NCBI GenBank assembly: GCA_951406725.2
Contig: OX597838.1
Location: 27,342,001 to 27,406,000 of the forward strand
Direction of reading: 5' to 3'
Source: Octopus vulgaris
Lineage: Eukaryota
DNA length: 64,000 nt
Position 1 is the first letter of the stretch, and every line of letters begins with the position of its first letter. Position numbers and translations under genes: made by a program. Below are positions 12,073-26,180 of this stretch, piece by piece. The notes beneath the pieces were generated by a model, which saw nothing but the letters and a program-made list of their open reading frames with translations, made no database searches and had not been told where the DNA came from.

Positions 12073-12570
12073 ATGCTCAAATTCTGCCGAGGTCGACTTT
12101 GCTTTTCATCCTTTGCAGATGAAATACCACTAAGCATTTCACCTGGCGTGCTAACAGTTCTGCCAGCTTTCTACCCTAACAAAAATATAATAATAGAAGG
12201 GTTAAAGTCCACTATTTTGTCTGGCTTTATTTGCCCCAAACAGTTGAATAAAGCACTAATGGAATGCAGTATACATCTGCCTGAAATGTCGAGTGGAATG
12301 TGCCCGTCTCCGTTCTTCAGATACTAAATTAGGACCTTGTTACCAATGTAACTGACTGTGGTATTTTCATTGGAACGTTGGAAGGCTTATTTCTGGCATT
12401 TTATTTTCTCTCTTTTATTAACTGTATTATTAAAAAAACAATGTTTTAGCAGCTTTTTTTAGTTTCTATTTGTTCCAGAGGTTCACAAATTTATGAAAAT
12501 ATTTTCAATACAATGTTGAAGTAAACCTGATGGTATTTGTATTGTGTCGCTCCTTCGCCCATATCATGTC

Positions 12571-12613
<43 letters not shown>

Positions 12614-14019
12614 TTTATTATTTTTATTATTATTATTGTTATTTTTATTATTATTATTATTATTGTTTAAATAGTTATGGGTGTTTTGGTGCTATGCCTA
12701 GAAATAGCTCAGCTCAAGAATGTATATATTGTTAGTTTTTGTGGAATTGGTTTTTTTTAAAAAATAACTCTCAATAAGAATTTGTACAACTGTGTGTATA
12801 TAAATGTGTGTATGTGTGTAGTTGTAGAAATTCCTGTTGAGAGTTGTATGTATGTGTGTGCATATTTGTGTGCATGTATGTACATAAGGTGGCCATTTGG
12901 CATACGTTGTAGAGCAACTGTTAGGATATTTTGTAGTATTTTCTCCACTTCTCTGCACTACAAGTTCAAATCTTGCCAATATCAACTTTGTCTTTCATTC
13001 CTCCATGGTCAATTTTTATCAGTCAGGTACTGTGGTTGAAGGACTTGACTAACTCCCTCCTTCAAATTACAGGCCTTCTACCTTTATTAGAAACGAATAT
13101 ATTTCCCTGAGTTTATTCTTTCCAGAAAGACTACAAGGTGTGATTTAAAGGAATTTGATTGTTATTTCTAGCATTTTGATCTCCTGTGCGGAGACTTTCT
13201 CTCCCCATCTTCATTACTATTATGCTATTACGCTTGAATTAATTTTTGAAGGGATTTAATTATTTCTAACATTTCGGTCTCCTGTGAAGAGGCTCACTTG
13301 CCCTGTTGGCTCTTATACCTTCATCTTTATTATGTTGTTATCATTTTGGCTGTTTATGTTTTGAGTTCAAATCCCACCAATGCCAACTTTATCTTTCATC
13401 TTTTCAGAGTCAATAAAATAAGGATCTGTCAAGTACTGGGGGTCAATGTAATTGATTAGCTCCCTGCCTGCAAATTTTCAGGCCTCGTGTCTATAGTAGA
13501 AAGAATAAATTTTTGACAGAATTTGGTTGTTATTTTTAGCATCTGGATCTCCTGTGCAGACACACTCTCTCTCTCTTCATTGGCTTCTGCATTTTCCTCA
13601 TTATGTTGTTGCTTAAATTAATACATTTTTCCCATTGTGGGAATCTTGTCATGATGTCTTTGGAATTTGTTTTCTTCACATTGTCTTTCTTTGAGACATG
13701 TTCTTGTCATACTGGCCTTTCCATAATTGCTTCGCGTTGTCAGGAATTGAAATATCTTTATCGGTTTCCATATCTTGTATTTCCTATTCCGTCTGTTAGG
13801 AATAATGTAGAATGTAATTTTAAGTTGGAATTGCATTCCTCCATTCACTGATATCTTCAAGAAAGGACTGGCTTTAAATATTATAACTTCCATTTACTGC
13901 TTTTTAATAGTTTCATTTTTTTACTTTAACTCATTCCTTCTTCTCTGATCTGTAAAATTGTTGTGTGACAAATTAAAGAAATTTCAAAACCTGCCCATGT
14001 AACACCCACCCACACAAAT

Positions 14020-14990
14020 ACAGGTGCCACGTAAACAGTACTCGGTTCACTTCGTAAAGTGGGTGGTGTTGAGAAGGGCATCCAGTTGTAGAAACCATAC
14101 CAAAGCAGACAATGGAACCTGGTGTGATTTCTGGCCTTTACCAGCTCCTATCAAACTGTTCAACCATTGCCAGCATGGAAAATGGATATGAAATTATGAT
14201 GATTTTATATAGACATTGGAACTCACAGAGGGGATGAGAGGACCGCGACTCCTGGTGGTTTGCTGTGCTTGAAAAGACACATCATGCTAAGTGAAAGCGT
14301 AGTTGCCTTTGCATAGAGGCTTATCTCCTGCAACCCTCTCCAGCTGTACATCCCTAATCCTACAGGCTCATAGGTGCTGGTGCCATGCAAAAAGCACCCG
14401 TGCCAGTACTGCGTAAAAGCACCCAGTACACTCTGTAAAGTGGTTGGCATTAGGTAGGGCATCAAGCTGTAGAAATCATGCCAAAACACATGTGGAGCCT
14501 GAACAGCCCTTCAGTTAGTCAGCTCCTGTCAAACCGTCCAACCCATGCCAGCATGGAAAACAGATGTTAAATGATGATGATGTGGCTATTTAGTAAGAAC
14601 TTATTTCCCAACCACGTGGTTCCAGGTTCAGTCCCACTGTGTGCTATCTTGGGCAAGTTTCTTCTATTATAGTCCCAGATTGACCAAAGCTTTGCAAGTG
14701 AATTTTGTAAAGGCAAACTGCATGGAAACCTGTCTTGTGTGTATATACATGTATGTTTGTGTCTCTTTGTCTTAACATCACAGAGGCATAAATGAATGTC
14801 ACCATAATACAAGTGATGTCTTTCATTTTCTAATATGTGAGAATATGTTTGGCCTTGGGGAGATATTACTTGGAAACAGGTGAGGGTTGGCAACAGGAAA
14901 GGCATTCAGCTGTAGAATATTTACCTCAATGAAATTCTGTCTGACCCATCCATGCAAGTGTGGAAAAAAGGAGGTTAAAATGATAATGCT
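14020..14990 (+). mobile_element. SINE cluster: two E modules followed by head A + tail F
   Basis: 'aagggcatc.agctgtagaaa...ccatgccagcatggaaaa...gatgatga' twice; family-A head at ~14582 joined to F tail. Confidence 0.7.
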
Positions 14991-14998
14991 GATAAACT

Positions 14999-15290
14999 GG
15001 CTCTCCATCGGTGATGATGATGTGGGTTCCAGTTGATCCAATGAGCAGAACAGCCTGTTTGTGAAATCACTGTGCAAGTGGCTGAGTACTCCACAGGCAT
15101 GCCTATCCTTAATGTGTTTCTCACAGAGGTTCAGCACAGAATGTGTCAAGGCTGGTCCTTTGAAAAACAGGTACAACTAATTTTTTTCAGCTGAGTTGAG
15201 TGGAGCAACATGAAATAAAGGATCTTGCTCAAGGATACAGTGCACTGCTTGGAATTGAACACAACCATACGATCTTGAGCCATGCGCTTT
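14999..15290 (-). mobile_element. SINE head D + tail Y
   Basis: Reverse match to tail of 5737-6117 joined to 'gagcaagat.ctttatttca.gttgctcca' head-D body. Confidence 0.75.
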
Positions 15291-15840
15291 CGCTAAAATG
15301 ATGATAGGATATAACTATTGTATAACAGCCATCCTTTTACTATTGGTAGGATATTTTTGAGATATTGACTGGCGGAATCGGATCATCTTATATAATCACT
15401 CTGTAAATGGGAAACCTTGTTGTCAGCCCAGGGAACTGAGGCAAATATAGATATGTGTCTTTGTTGAAAGACCAGAGTGTTTTTAAGTGTGAATTCTTGG
15501 CATGCAATCAGTAACCTCTAGCACCATTAGCATCAAAGTCACTGGGTTGTTAGTGTATTAATTATATCTATGACTAAAACCTGTGACCTATGATTGAATT
15601 GTTATTTCTGCTAGCTTCTCTCTTTCTCTCTCCACACACACACACACACACACACACGCATACACTCAGGCATGCTGACACAAAGTCTTGCAACCTCATT
15701 CAAATAATAGAAGATTTATAGTTGTAAGTCCCTTGTACTGACTCCTTGCCTGTTTCACCTCTGACGACCTCAGAAAGCCCCATACTTAACTAAACCTAAA
15801 GTATAGCAATTACAACAATTAGTATATTTGGGACCCCATG

Positions 15841-15872
<32 letters not shown>

Positions 15873-16332
15873 CACCTAGTAAATTATATACAAAAATAGT
15901 GACTCATTTTCTGAAGTCACTGGCATAGATGTTTTCATCTCTCTCTCTGTACTTCTATGCATTGTTACCTATAAATATTTGAACCTCTCTCCCCAACGGG
16001 TGATCTCTCTCTAACCACTGTTGTGGTTATGGAGGTGGTATTCATGCCATTGGAATTAGATTACCTCCTTCTTCCTGCCTTGAATTCTAATTGCAGCTGT
16101 CATTCCACAAGTGTCTCAATATTTTAAAAATAGCTCCTTCTACTCCGTCAGGTGGACATAAAACTAGTTTTCTGTCAACAATAGATTCTGTACCACTAAT
16201 TGCCCCTCTCTCTCTCTCACTCCTCAACCACCTCTCTCTTCAGTGAATCTCTTGCTATGAGATACAAATTTATATCTGCCAACATCTGTACAATGGTTGG
16301 TGATTGTACTACAGGCTTTTCTGTCTATATTT

Positions 16333-16396
<64 letters not shown>

Positions 16397-16440
16397 AAAT
16401 CTGTTTTACATCATTGTATTTTTTTTTTTTGCATTAGCTA

Positions 16441-17035
16441 CAGGTGTGGCTGTGTGGTAAGCTGGCGGCAAGCTGGCAGAAATGTTAGCACACTGGGCGA
16501 AATGCTTAGCGATATTTCGTCTGCCGTTATGTTCTGAGTTCAAATTCCGCCGAGGTCGACTTTGCCTTTCATCTTTTCAAGGTCGATAAATTAAGTACCA
16601 GTTACGCACTGGGTTCAATGTAGTCAACTTAATCCCTTCGTCTGTCCTTGTTTGTCCCCCTCTATGTTTGTGGGCAATAAAGAAATAAGAAGGTCGCTTC
16701 CCAACTACATGGTTCTGAGTTTAGTTCCACTGCATGGCACCTTGTTACTATAGCCTCTGGCAGACCAAAGCCTTGTGAGTGGATTTGGTAGACAGAAACT
16801 GAAAGAAGCCTGTCATATATATATATATATGTGTATGTGTGTGTGTGTCATTGTTTGTTCCCCCACCACTACTTGACAACTGGTGTTGGTGTGTTTGCAT
16901 CTCCGTAACTTAGCAGTTTGGCAAAAGGGAGCAATAGAATAAATACCAGATTTAAAAAAGAAGTACATTTGACTAAAAATTCAAGGTTGTGCCCCAGCTT
17001 GACCACAGTCTAATGACTGAAACAAGTAAAAGGTA
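16441..17035 (+). mobile_element. SINE family A interrupted by a family-B SINE (~16465-16690)
   Basis: A head 'caggtgtggctgtgtggtaag' resumes at 'aaggtcgcttcccaac' after a complete B copy. Confidence 0.8.
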
Positions 17036-17127
17036 AAAGCTTAAATGATGGTATGATGCACCAGGTTCCACCAAACTCAATTTTTGGAAATGAAATCACT
17101 TGTTTTGAGTACCAATATTTTGGTATT

Positions 17128-17450
17128 GGTCAGTGTTGGTGGAATTGGTTGTTACTGTTAACGGTATTGGGGATATTGTTGGTGGTGTAAGTGTTGGTGC
17201 TAGGGGTGGTGTTAAAAGTGGCAGCTGGTACTGCTGCTGTTGGCCACTGTGGTATTAGGGTTGGTGGTAGTGGTGTTGTGATTGGTGGTGGTGGTGGTAG
17301 TGGTAGTGGTGTTGTGATATTGGGATTTTCTGGTTGTGGTGCTGATGGTGCTGGCATTGGTGATAGTGGCATTGGGGTTGGTGGTGTTGGTACTGCGTTG
17401 TTGCTGTTGATATTGGTGATGGTGGTGATGTTGGCAGTGGCGTTGACGTT
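17128..17450. repeat. Degenerate (GGT/GTT)n low-complexity tract
   Basis: Directly visible. Confidence 0.85.
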
Positions 17451-17902
17451 CATTCATTAATAATTCAACACAAAATCACCCCCACCCCTACATCTTTAGT
17501 AATTTTTTTATTATTATTTTTATCTTCATTTTGCACAGTTTTAGCTCCTCGTGACAAAAGTCTAAATCCGTCCTCATCCATTGTCCATTGTAGCTGCGAC
17601 AACTCATTAAACTTTAATCTCAAACAAATCCTTAGTCCTCAGTGTAGGAGGTTGTTGGATGTGGACATATCTTTAAACAAGAAACTGGTTCTTTTTTTCT
17701 TTGTGGTTCTACAAAGAGAAGTGATTTGATATTGGTGTTTCCTTATTGATTTCTTTCTTATCCTGGTCAAGTCTGCACTTGTTGGCAGCTCATTCAAGCA
17801 GACGCTATTTTCATAAAGACCATTTATTCTAACTATAATATTGTGTTGTTGATTAATTCAGTTTTTAATGTTCCACCAATTCTGTGAATGTTTCTTATTA
17901 TA

Positions 17903-17942
<40 letters not shown>

Positions 17943-18092
17943 GGAATTTTAAAGTAACAGCCAAGATTCTAAAATAAACAATATTTAATGAGTATGTGTT
18001 TGTAAACAACAAATTGAAATCTACAGACTGACTGATGGAGAATCAAATTGATGGGAAGATGATGCTATTTACACTGCATTGAGTTCAGAGTT

Positions 18093-18126
<34 letters not shown>

Positions 18127-18145
18127 CACACACATGGACACATGC

Positions 18146-19053
18146 AGGCATAGCTGTGTGGTTAAGAAGTTTGCTTCCCAACCATGAGGTTTTGTGTTTA
18201 GTCCCACTATATTGAACCTTGGGTGGGTGTCTTCTACTAAAGCCCTGAGCTGAGCAGAGCCTTGTGAGTGGATCTGGTTGGTGGAAACTGAAAGAAGCCT
18301 CTGTGTGTGTTGGAGTGGTTGGCATTAGGATGAGCATCCAGCAGTAAAAACCATGCCAAATCTAATTGTGCTGCTGTCCAGCTTGCCAGTTTCAATCATA
18401 CCATCTAACTCATGCCAACATGGAAAGCAGACACTAAATGGCCCAGTGGTTAGGGCAGGGGACTCGCGGTTGTAGAATCGCAGTTTCGATTCCCAGACTG
18501 GGCATTGTGAGTGTTTATTGAGTGAAAACACCTAAAGCTCCACGAAGCTTCGGCAGGGGGTGGTGGCGAGCCTTGCTGTACTCTTTCGCAGCAACTTTCT
18601 GTCACTCTTTCTTCTGTTGGCCTGCTTGCTTAGCCAGCGGGGTGGTGTCATTTGAAGGCTAAAACAATGCGAAGCACATTGTGATCAGCGATGTGTAGTA
18701 ACATCTGATAGCCTGGTCGGTCACGGTGATCACGGGGATATATATATTTATATATATACATATATATGTATATATATAGATATAGATAAATGTATGTGTT
18801 TGTTTGTGACTCCATATCTTGACATCACAGGGTAGTTGTAAATGAGTGTCACTGTCATTCATGCATGCAGAGTCCCTCGTTTCCTGTCTTCTGTTTAAAA
18901 GATGTCTGGCCATGGGAGGAATATTACATTTCCTGGAAACAGGTAGGGGTTGACTGGAGGAAAGATATCACTCATGGAAAATCTGCCTCATGAAATTCCA
19001 CCTGACCCTTGCAAACCTGGAAAAACTAGGCATTTAAACAATGTTGATGATGA
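18146..19053 (+). mobile_element. SINE cluster: A head, E tail, head C + tail Z (18437-18737), F tail
   Basis: Head at 18437 matches 5745-5910 but continues into a different 3' sequence. Confidence 0.75.
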
Positions 19054-19469
19054 TCATGGCACACACATATGCATGCATGCATGCACATACATAAAGGGCA
19101 GAATAAGACATGTCAAGGGATATTTTGCCTGACCTTCCCACAGTTCTGCCAATCCAGTGCCCTGGATTGCTACTTGGTAGTTTTTTTTTTTGATTGACCC
19201 ACCAAAAGGATGAAAGAAAAATTTTGTCTTGGTAGGATTTGAACTCACATCGTAGAGCATCAGAACAAATGCAGCAAGCATTTTCTATTCAATTCTCTAA
19301 CAACTCTTTGTCACCTTGTACAATGAATCAACTTTATTGAGCTAATTAAATTAATTAATTAACGAAACTATTGATTTCTAACATAAGTACCTGTACCTGT
19401 ACTAACATAAGTACCTGTGGCGTGGATGGGTGCATGGGGTTTAGGATGTGACGTGGGGTGGTTTGGCCT

Positions 19470-19785
19470 GGTACTCCATTGGTTGTGATGACAAGTGTTC
19501 TAGTTAATTCGATCCCTGGAACAGCTTGCTTGTGAAATTAATGTGCAAGCGGTTGAGTACTCCACAGACATGTATACCCATAACATAGTTCTCAGGGAGA
19601 TTCAGCATGACACAGAATATGACAAGGCTGGCTCTTTGAATTACTGGTGCAACTTATTTTTGCCAGCTGAGTTGGCTGGAGCAACGTGAAATAAAGTGTC
19701 TTGCTCAAGGGCACAATGCAACGCTGAGAATTGCTACGATTGTGAGCTAAATACCCCTAACCACTAAGCCATGTGCCTTCACATG
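19470..19785 (-). mobile_element. SINE head D + tail Y
   Basis: Reverse match to 49008-49325. Confidence 0.75.
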
Positions 19786-19902
19786 GAATGGTTTAGAGTG
19801 GTGTATTGTGGTTTATTTCGTTGTGGTAGTTTTGGAGAACTGCAATAGGAATTACTTACATATAAACCCTTGGTCCAAACTGCTGCTGGTATTAACTGAC
19901 AG

Positions 19903-20088
19903 AAACAGTAGCACGCCGGGTGAAATGCGTAGCCGATTTCGTCTGCTGTTACGTTCTGAGTTCAAATTCCTCCGAGGTCCACTTTGCCTTTCATCCTTTT
20001 GGGGTCGATTAAATAAGTACCAGTTGCGCACTGGGGTCGATATAATCGACTTAATCCGTTTGGCTCCTTGTGGGTAGTAAAGAAATAG
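19903..20088 (+). mobile_element. SINE family B
   Basis: Matches 11515-11746 with an internal deletion. Confidence 0.8.
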
Positions 20089-20467
20089 GTATTAACTGTG
20101 TACATTATTGTGTGTGTGTTGTGGTGGTGGTGGTGGTGGGGCAGCGAATGAAGACTCGTTATAATGAAAATGGAACTCATTATGAAGGTACAGTTTTGAA
20201 TGAAGAGAGTCATGTTGAAGCATTTACATTTTGAAATTGTGGGGGGGGGGGAAACCCCTCCAAAAAAAAAAAGACAAACAAAACGTTTGCCTGCTTCCAA
20301 TGGGAGAAGATCAAGGTAAACCAGGTATAATGGTGGTGGCGGTGGTGGTGGTGGCGGTGGTGGTGGTACAACTCGGCACATGAAAGTGGCTGTGGATATT
20401 GAGATAACACTTTAACAAGTCTCTAAGTGATGTCTGCTGCAGAAAACAGATGATTGCGATCATATGG

Positions 20468-20499
<32 letters not shown>

Positions 20500-20929
20500 G
20501 TAGTAGTAGTAGTAGTGGTAGCAGCAACAGTACTACTACTACACCAATAGAACAGTTAAATGGTTTCTGATTGGTGTGTCTGTCAGTCATGGTGAGAACA
20601 ATGAAGAGAAAACAAAGAGGTTTATAGTTATATGTAACTTTCATTCTCTCTTCTTCCTCATCCTCCTTCTTCCTCATTCGTCTTCGTCTTTTCTTTTTCT
20701 TCTATTGTTCTTCTCTCTTCTTCAATTCTCTTTCGCTATGCCATGCTAGGAATCTCTGTTCTCTTATTGGCCTCGGAAGCTCCTCGGTGCCACGTTCTGT
20801 GCTGTCTCAACCAATAACAACAAAGTAGTCATTTGTAATTAAAAAAACATCTATCCTTGTCATAGTGAGCTGAACACTCCCTTAACCCAGCAGTTCTCAA
20901 CAAAGACACACACACACAAATAACATATA

Positions 20930-21365
20930 GAGTGTAGCTGTGTGGTAAGCAGTTTTCTTCCAAACCACATGTTTCCAGGTTCAGTCCCACTGTGTGGCAC
21001 TTTGGGCAAGTGTCTTTTACTACAGCCTCAGGTCAACCAGGGTCTAGAGTGGATTTGGTAGACAGAAACTGAAAGAAGCCCATCATAATGCATGTGTGTG
21101 TGTGTTTGTCCTTCACCAATACTTGACAACTATGATTGGTGTTTTTATGCCTCTATAACTTAGCGGGTCAGCAAAAGAGATCAATGTTGGTTATTTCTCA
21201 AAATTCAATGAGACATATTCAAGCTTGGCTGTGTGGTTAAGAAGTTTACTATGCAGCCACATGGTGGCAGGTTCAATTCCATTGTGTGGAACCTTGGGTG
21301 TCTACTGCTACAGCTCCAAGCCTACCAAATCTTTTTGTGTGAATTTGGTAAATGGAAGCCTGTCA
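20930..21365 (+). mobile_element. Two diverged family-A SINEs
   Basis: Heads at ~20930 and ~21222. Confidence 0.7.
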
Positions 21366-21605
21366 CGTGTGTGTGCGTGTGTATTAGAATATGTTCATTT
21401 GGCAGAAAGTTACAGAAATGATTTGAAGACTGAGAGCTTTGTGAAGTGTTATGCACAAAACTCTTGGCCCTTGAGTCACTTTAGTAACTTTATGTTGATC
21501 ACAATTGATAAAGGCATGCATATATGTGTGTGTGAGTGTGTGGGTATATATATATATATATATATTTATGTGTGTGTGTGTGTGTTTATATATATATATA
21601 AATAA

Positions 21606-21790
21606 AGGGAAAGTTTACGAAAATAAACAAAAGACGAAGGCAGGTGGTGTACAAACAAACAAATGTATTAGTATAGTGCTCAGGAATAGAAAAAGTCTTT
21701 TACGTTTCGAGCCTCCGCTCTTCTACAGAAAGATACACAGAAAAAAACAAGGAGAGACAAAAAAATGTGTGTAGTAGCTAACGATCTATC
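21606..21790 (-). mobile_element. Hammerhead-like element, subfamily P2
   Basis: Minus strand 21733-21696: tcttt-CTGTAGA-a-gagc-ggag-gctc-GAAACGTA-aaaga; abuts (TA)n. Confidence 0.7.
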
Positions 21791-22134
21791 ACACACGTGG
21801 ACATTTAAACATATGTACATTTATATGCAATACCCAGAAAAATACAGAGTGAAAGTACCACAGCAGTGGATGGACAAACATAGAGAAATAGAGACACTGC
21901 CAATTATATTTGTAGATAGTTTCTGATACTGAGTTCTCCAAAGGTAGAGAGGGGTGTAGTCAGTTAATTCATCTTCTATGCTTTAAAGATTTTTGTTTAT
22001 TGATTCTTGAAGGATGAAAAGCAAAGTTGATCTAACCTTGGTGGGATTTTGGACTCAGTCTCTTAAAGGAATGTAACAGAACACCACAAGGCATGCCACT
22101 TTTCCTCCCTTTTATTCTTTGCCTTTAGCTTTTT

Positions 22135-22515
22135 CTTTTTACTTGTTTTGGTCATTTGACTGTGGCCATGCTGGAGCACAATCTTGCAGGGTTTAGTCAA
22201 ACAAATCATTCCCATTATATATTCATTGTTTCTTCTTCAATCTGGTATTTATTCTATCAGTCACTTTTGCTGAACTGCTAAGTTATGGGGGTTGTAAATG
22301 AACTGACACCAGTTGCCAAGTGGTGAGGGAAAGGGACTAACACACACACACACGCACGCACGCACAATGGGCTTCTACACTTTTCTGTCTACCAAATTCT
22401 TTCACAAGGCATTAGTCGGCCCGGGAGTATAGTAGAAAACAAGATGCTGCATAGTGGGACTGAACTCAAAACCACATGGCTGCAAAGCGAGCGTCTTAAC
22501 TACACAGTCATACCT
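22135..22515 (-). mobile_element. SINE family A, older copy
   Basis: Reverse match to family-A tail, body and head. Confidence 0.75.
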
Positions 22516-23519
22516 GTCCTTTATTTACGAATTTTTGATATTAATTCTTCACAATAAAAACAAAAACAAAAAACAAAAACAAAAAACAAAATCAAAGCGT
22601 GTGAGGAAGCAACACCTTATTGAAATGAATTGATTACAATTGATCTTTATTGATTTATTAGAGGTTATATTTCTTACAGTTAGCAATTGATTCCTCACCC
22701 CCTTAACTCTACCCCACCCACCCTCACAGTTGAGAAAGAAAAATATGTTATTCTGAAGAATCTAATGAAAATCTTTAACCCCTCCCCTCTATTTTTATGT
22801 TTATTTAATTTTTTTTTTTACTCTTCCATAGATTTGTCTTGTGTCTTCTCTAAATGGTAAATGTTTTGTCGAAAACAATTGCTTTGTTTCATTTCCTTTT
22901 TGGTCTTTTTTTACTTCGATAAAATAACGTGCCATTTGGTTTTCTAGTAATTATTTGTGGAGTTAAAAAAAACAAAAAAAGGCGGGAAACAAAATAGAAA
23001 TATAATAAAATAAGAACAAAAATTTTTGAAAATAGAAACAGACAAAATCTGTGGCACAAAAGAATTAATTTCACTCCTTGAACCAAGAAGAAAGTTCAAT
23101 CATTTAATTTTTATATCCTAATCAAGAATTCCAGTTAAAAGTTGACTATCGTAACTCTTAGGGTGACAGTGTCCACACTTGCTTTGCTTAGCATCTGTTG
23201 TTGCCATTCTTGCCCTTCCCCTGATACTTCATCTCTGTGAATAGTTTAGATCTTCATCATCATCGTTATTATTCTTGTGACATCTTCTTTTCTCTGCTTG
23301 TACAAGTCATAAGAGAATATGTAGAGGCAGAGTTTTTTTTGGCCAGATGTCCTTCCTGTCACCAACCTCTACCTGTTTTGCAGTGAAGTAATGAATTACT
23401 GGTTTATTGATTACATCAGTGTTTCTCAACTTTTTTTTACCCTTGCGTAACCCTTAAAATAAATTACATGTCTCAAGGAACCCCTGCACAAAAAAAATTA
23501 TATACTAATATCTTTCTCA

Positions 23520-23708
23520 TATTCTTATCGTTAGCCACTACACACATTTTTTTCTCTCCTTGTTTTTTCTTTGGTTTCTCAAAATCTGTAGAAGAGCGTA
23601 GGCTCGAAACGTAAAAGAATTTTTCAATTCCTGAGCGTTATACTAATACATCTGTTTGTTTTGTACACCACCTGTCTTCGTCTTTTGTTTTTTTCGTAAA
23701 CTCTCCCT
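23520..23708 (+). mobile_element. Hammerhead-like element, subfamily P2
   Basis: CTGTAGA-a-gagc-gtag-gctc-GAAACGTA-aaag at 23586-23617; followed by (TA)n. Confidence 0.7.
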
Positions 23709-23728
23709 ATATATATATATATATATAT

Positions 23729-24700
23729 AGTGGTTGTCTACTCCTTATGCAGAGTTTGACCACCTCCTGTAGCTACGCCATAGAACCATCATGGCATCTT
23801 ATGTGGCTTTTTAAACCAGACAATGTTCTGAAAAGCCACCCACATAGATTGCATATCTGATTTGGACCACCAAGAGCTGACGATAAATTCTAAACTTTGT
23901 GGATCTTAAAATGTCTTTCAAGGCCTCTGTCAAGTTTGCAAACCTTCTGGTATACACTGTATTCAAAGCTGTGCACAGACATATAGGCAGAATAGTCAGT
24001 GGAGGTTCGTTTTCCATGGGTTTGCAAATGAAAGGTATGATCTGTCACAAACTGTGCACACAAAAAGGTCATTGTAATTCACCTTCTCGATTGTAACATT
24101 CTTCCTTAAAACTCTTTTGAGTCTTGCATGCGTTATCCTGGCCTCTTCAAACGCTTTCACTCCACTTTACACTTTAGTGTGCAGCTCAATCCGAAGCAAG
24201 GGTTTCTATGTCCTTTGGATCCATTCCAAGTGACTTCATAGTAGTCCTTATGCCGTCCTTAACCCTTTAGTGTTTAAACTGGCCACATCCGGCCCAATAT
24301 ATTCTACATGTTTTATATTTGAACTAGCCATATCTAGCCTCTCACACCTAACCTACATCGACATTCTAAAAATAAATATTCACATCATTGAAACCTCAAA
24401 GCTATAAGATAATGCATGATTAATTCAAAACAATTTGAGTGAAAAGGCATTACATTTAACAGAGTAATCTGAACATTAAAGGGTTAAACCTTTTGTTAAG
24501 TTTACGCTGATAGCATTTTGCCTCTGCAAGCTCACCATAAAACAGCTGTTTGGGCATGTGTTCATCCAACCTTCAAATATGGCCATGCCATCTCATTTGG
24601 TTTCTCAAAATCATAGCTTTAATTCAGGTGATGCTTGCAGATGCAAGGACATCTGTGTTTGGAGTAAAAGAACTCCATTTAAAAAAAAAATGTGATGAAG
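23729..24700 (-). mobile_element. RTE-clade LINE 3' fragment (degenerate ORF end with C2H2-like motif and 3' UTR)
   Basis: Minus-strand KQLFYGELAEAKCYQRKLNKRFKDGIRTTMKSLG once the MITE is removed; 3' end homologous to 63575-63800. Confidence 0.8.
24263..24483. mobile_element. TTAA-MITE family 1 (piggyBac-like ends)
   Basis: TTAA|CCCTTTAGTGTT...AACATTAAAGGG|TTAA; removing it restores the RTE frame (R-F-K-D). Confidence 0.9.
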
Positions 24701-24949
24701 GCATTTTTGATGGAATTGTTCTTACAATTTAAATTGCCTTTCATAACAAGTCCATGGTTGTTATATTTTTTTGACAATAAAATACGTTAGATAGGATGAT
24801 GTCTATATTATAATAACCAATAATATGTTGTGCATATATAGTAATATTATGATCATGAAATTAGCATTAGCTTATTTCACTCTTTCTCGCAGGACCCTTT
24901 GCAGAATCCTAGGGTTCCAGGGAGCCCTGGTTGAGAAACACTGGATTAC

Positions 24950-25100
24950 ATTAATCCAAGTCCTCAACTGATACTTATTTCATTGACCCAAAAAGGATGA
25001 AAGCCAAAGCCAACCTTGGCAGAATTTGAACTCAGAACATAAAGCTGGAAGAAATGCTACCAAGCATTTTGCTCAGCACTGTAACGATTTTGCCAGCTCC
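24950..25100 (-). mobile_element. SINE family B (host of the hAT insertion)
   Basis: gattacatt...caactgatacttatttcattgaccc..aaaggatgaaag...gaactcagaac. Confidence 0.7.
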
Positions 25101-25749
25101 AAGGTGGGGTTAATTGGCATTAACCTTACCTTGGATAACCCTTCATTACCTATGGTTCCATTTCTGCTAAAAGATCTTTCAGCAAGGCGTGTCTGTATTA
25201 TCTGCCTTTCGGCAACAAATGAGTAACAATCGTAGTTGATGGCTGAATAGTTGGCATTTGGGCAAAACATCTAAGAATTCACAGAAAATGTCATCAGTTT
25301 TACACTTAGCTATTTTTAAGTTTGTTATTTTGAAAGCCACATCAGGAAACTTTAGGAGTGGTGAATTACATAAAACAGATGATTCAACTTTCAAACCTTG
25401 GAATCTAAAAAGTGGTTCAATTGAAAGATGGTTTTGATATTGTAGTGTTTTTTTGCTGTTGTTTTTTTTTTATAATTATCTTAATAGATAATCTCTCTTC
25501 CACCTTTGGAAGGGTTGGCCTGTGAATTCTTCTGGCTTTATATTTTAGTTTGAGACTGTGATGGCCTTCAGTTTTGTAAGTTATTTGGAAAGCTGGTGAG
25601 AAAATATTACACACACACACACACACTTGTTTACTTGCTTGTTTGTTTAATGTCTGGTTATTGTTTTTTCTTTCCATGCCATTATGGGTTCCTAGGGAGT
25701 TATTTAGGACAGGATCTTCCTGTCACCAATCCATATAACTTTTATCTTT

Positions 25750-26111
25750 GGTTTGTTTCAGTCATTAGACTGCGGCCACGCTGGGGCACTGCCTCGAAGA
25801 ATTTTAGTTGAATGAACAGGCTCCAGCACTTATGTTTTTTGTAAGGCTTAGTACTTATTCTATCAGTCTCTTTTGCTGAACTGCTAAGTTACAGTGACTA
25901 CACCAACACCAGCTGCCAAGCAGTGGTGGGGGGTCAAACACAGACACACACACACACACACAATGGGCTTCTTTCAATTTCCGTCTACCAAATCCACTCA
26001 CAAGGCTTTGGTTGGCCTGAGGCTATTGTGGAAGACACTTGCCCAAGGTGGGACAGAACTTGGAACCATACGGTTGGAAAGCAAACTTCTTACCACACAT
26101 CCACGCCTGTG

Positions 26112-26180
<69 letters not shown>

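Larger units (their letters stand above)
23417..24943. mobile_element. Non-autonomous hAT (Charlie-like) transposon with nested insertions
   Basis: TIRs CAGTGTTTCTCAAC (23417-23430) and GTTGAGAAACACTG (24930-24943); perfect 8-bp TSD GATTACAT at 23409-23416 and 24944-24951. Confidence 0.9.

Noticed and set aside
17130-17460. Pro/Thr-rich or Gly-rich ORFs
   Set aside because: Degenerate (GGT)n low-complexity sequence.
17500-17725. Acceptor 'ttcattttgcacag' followed by a ~60-codon open frame
   Set aside because: No recognisable protein similarity and no convincing donor; cannot be supported without RNA data.
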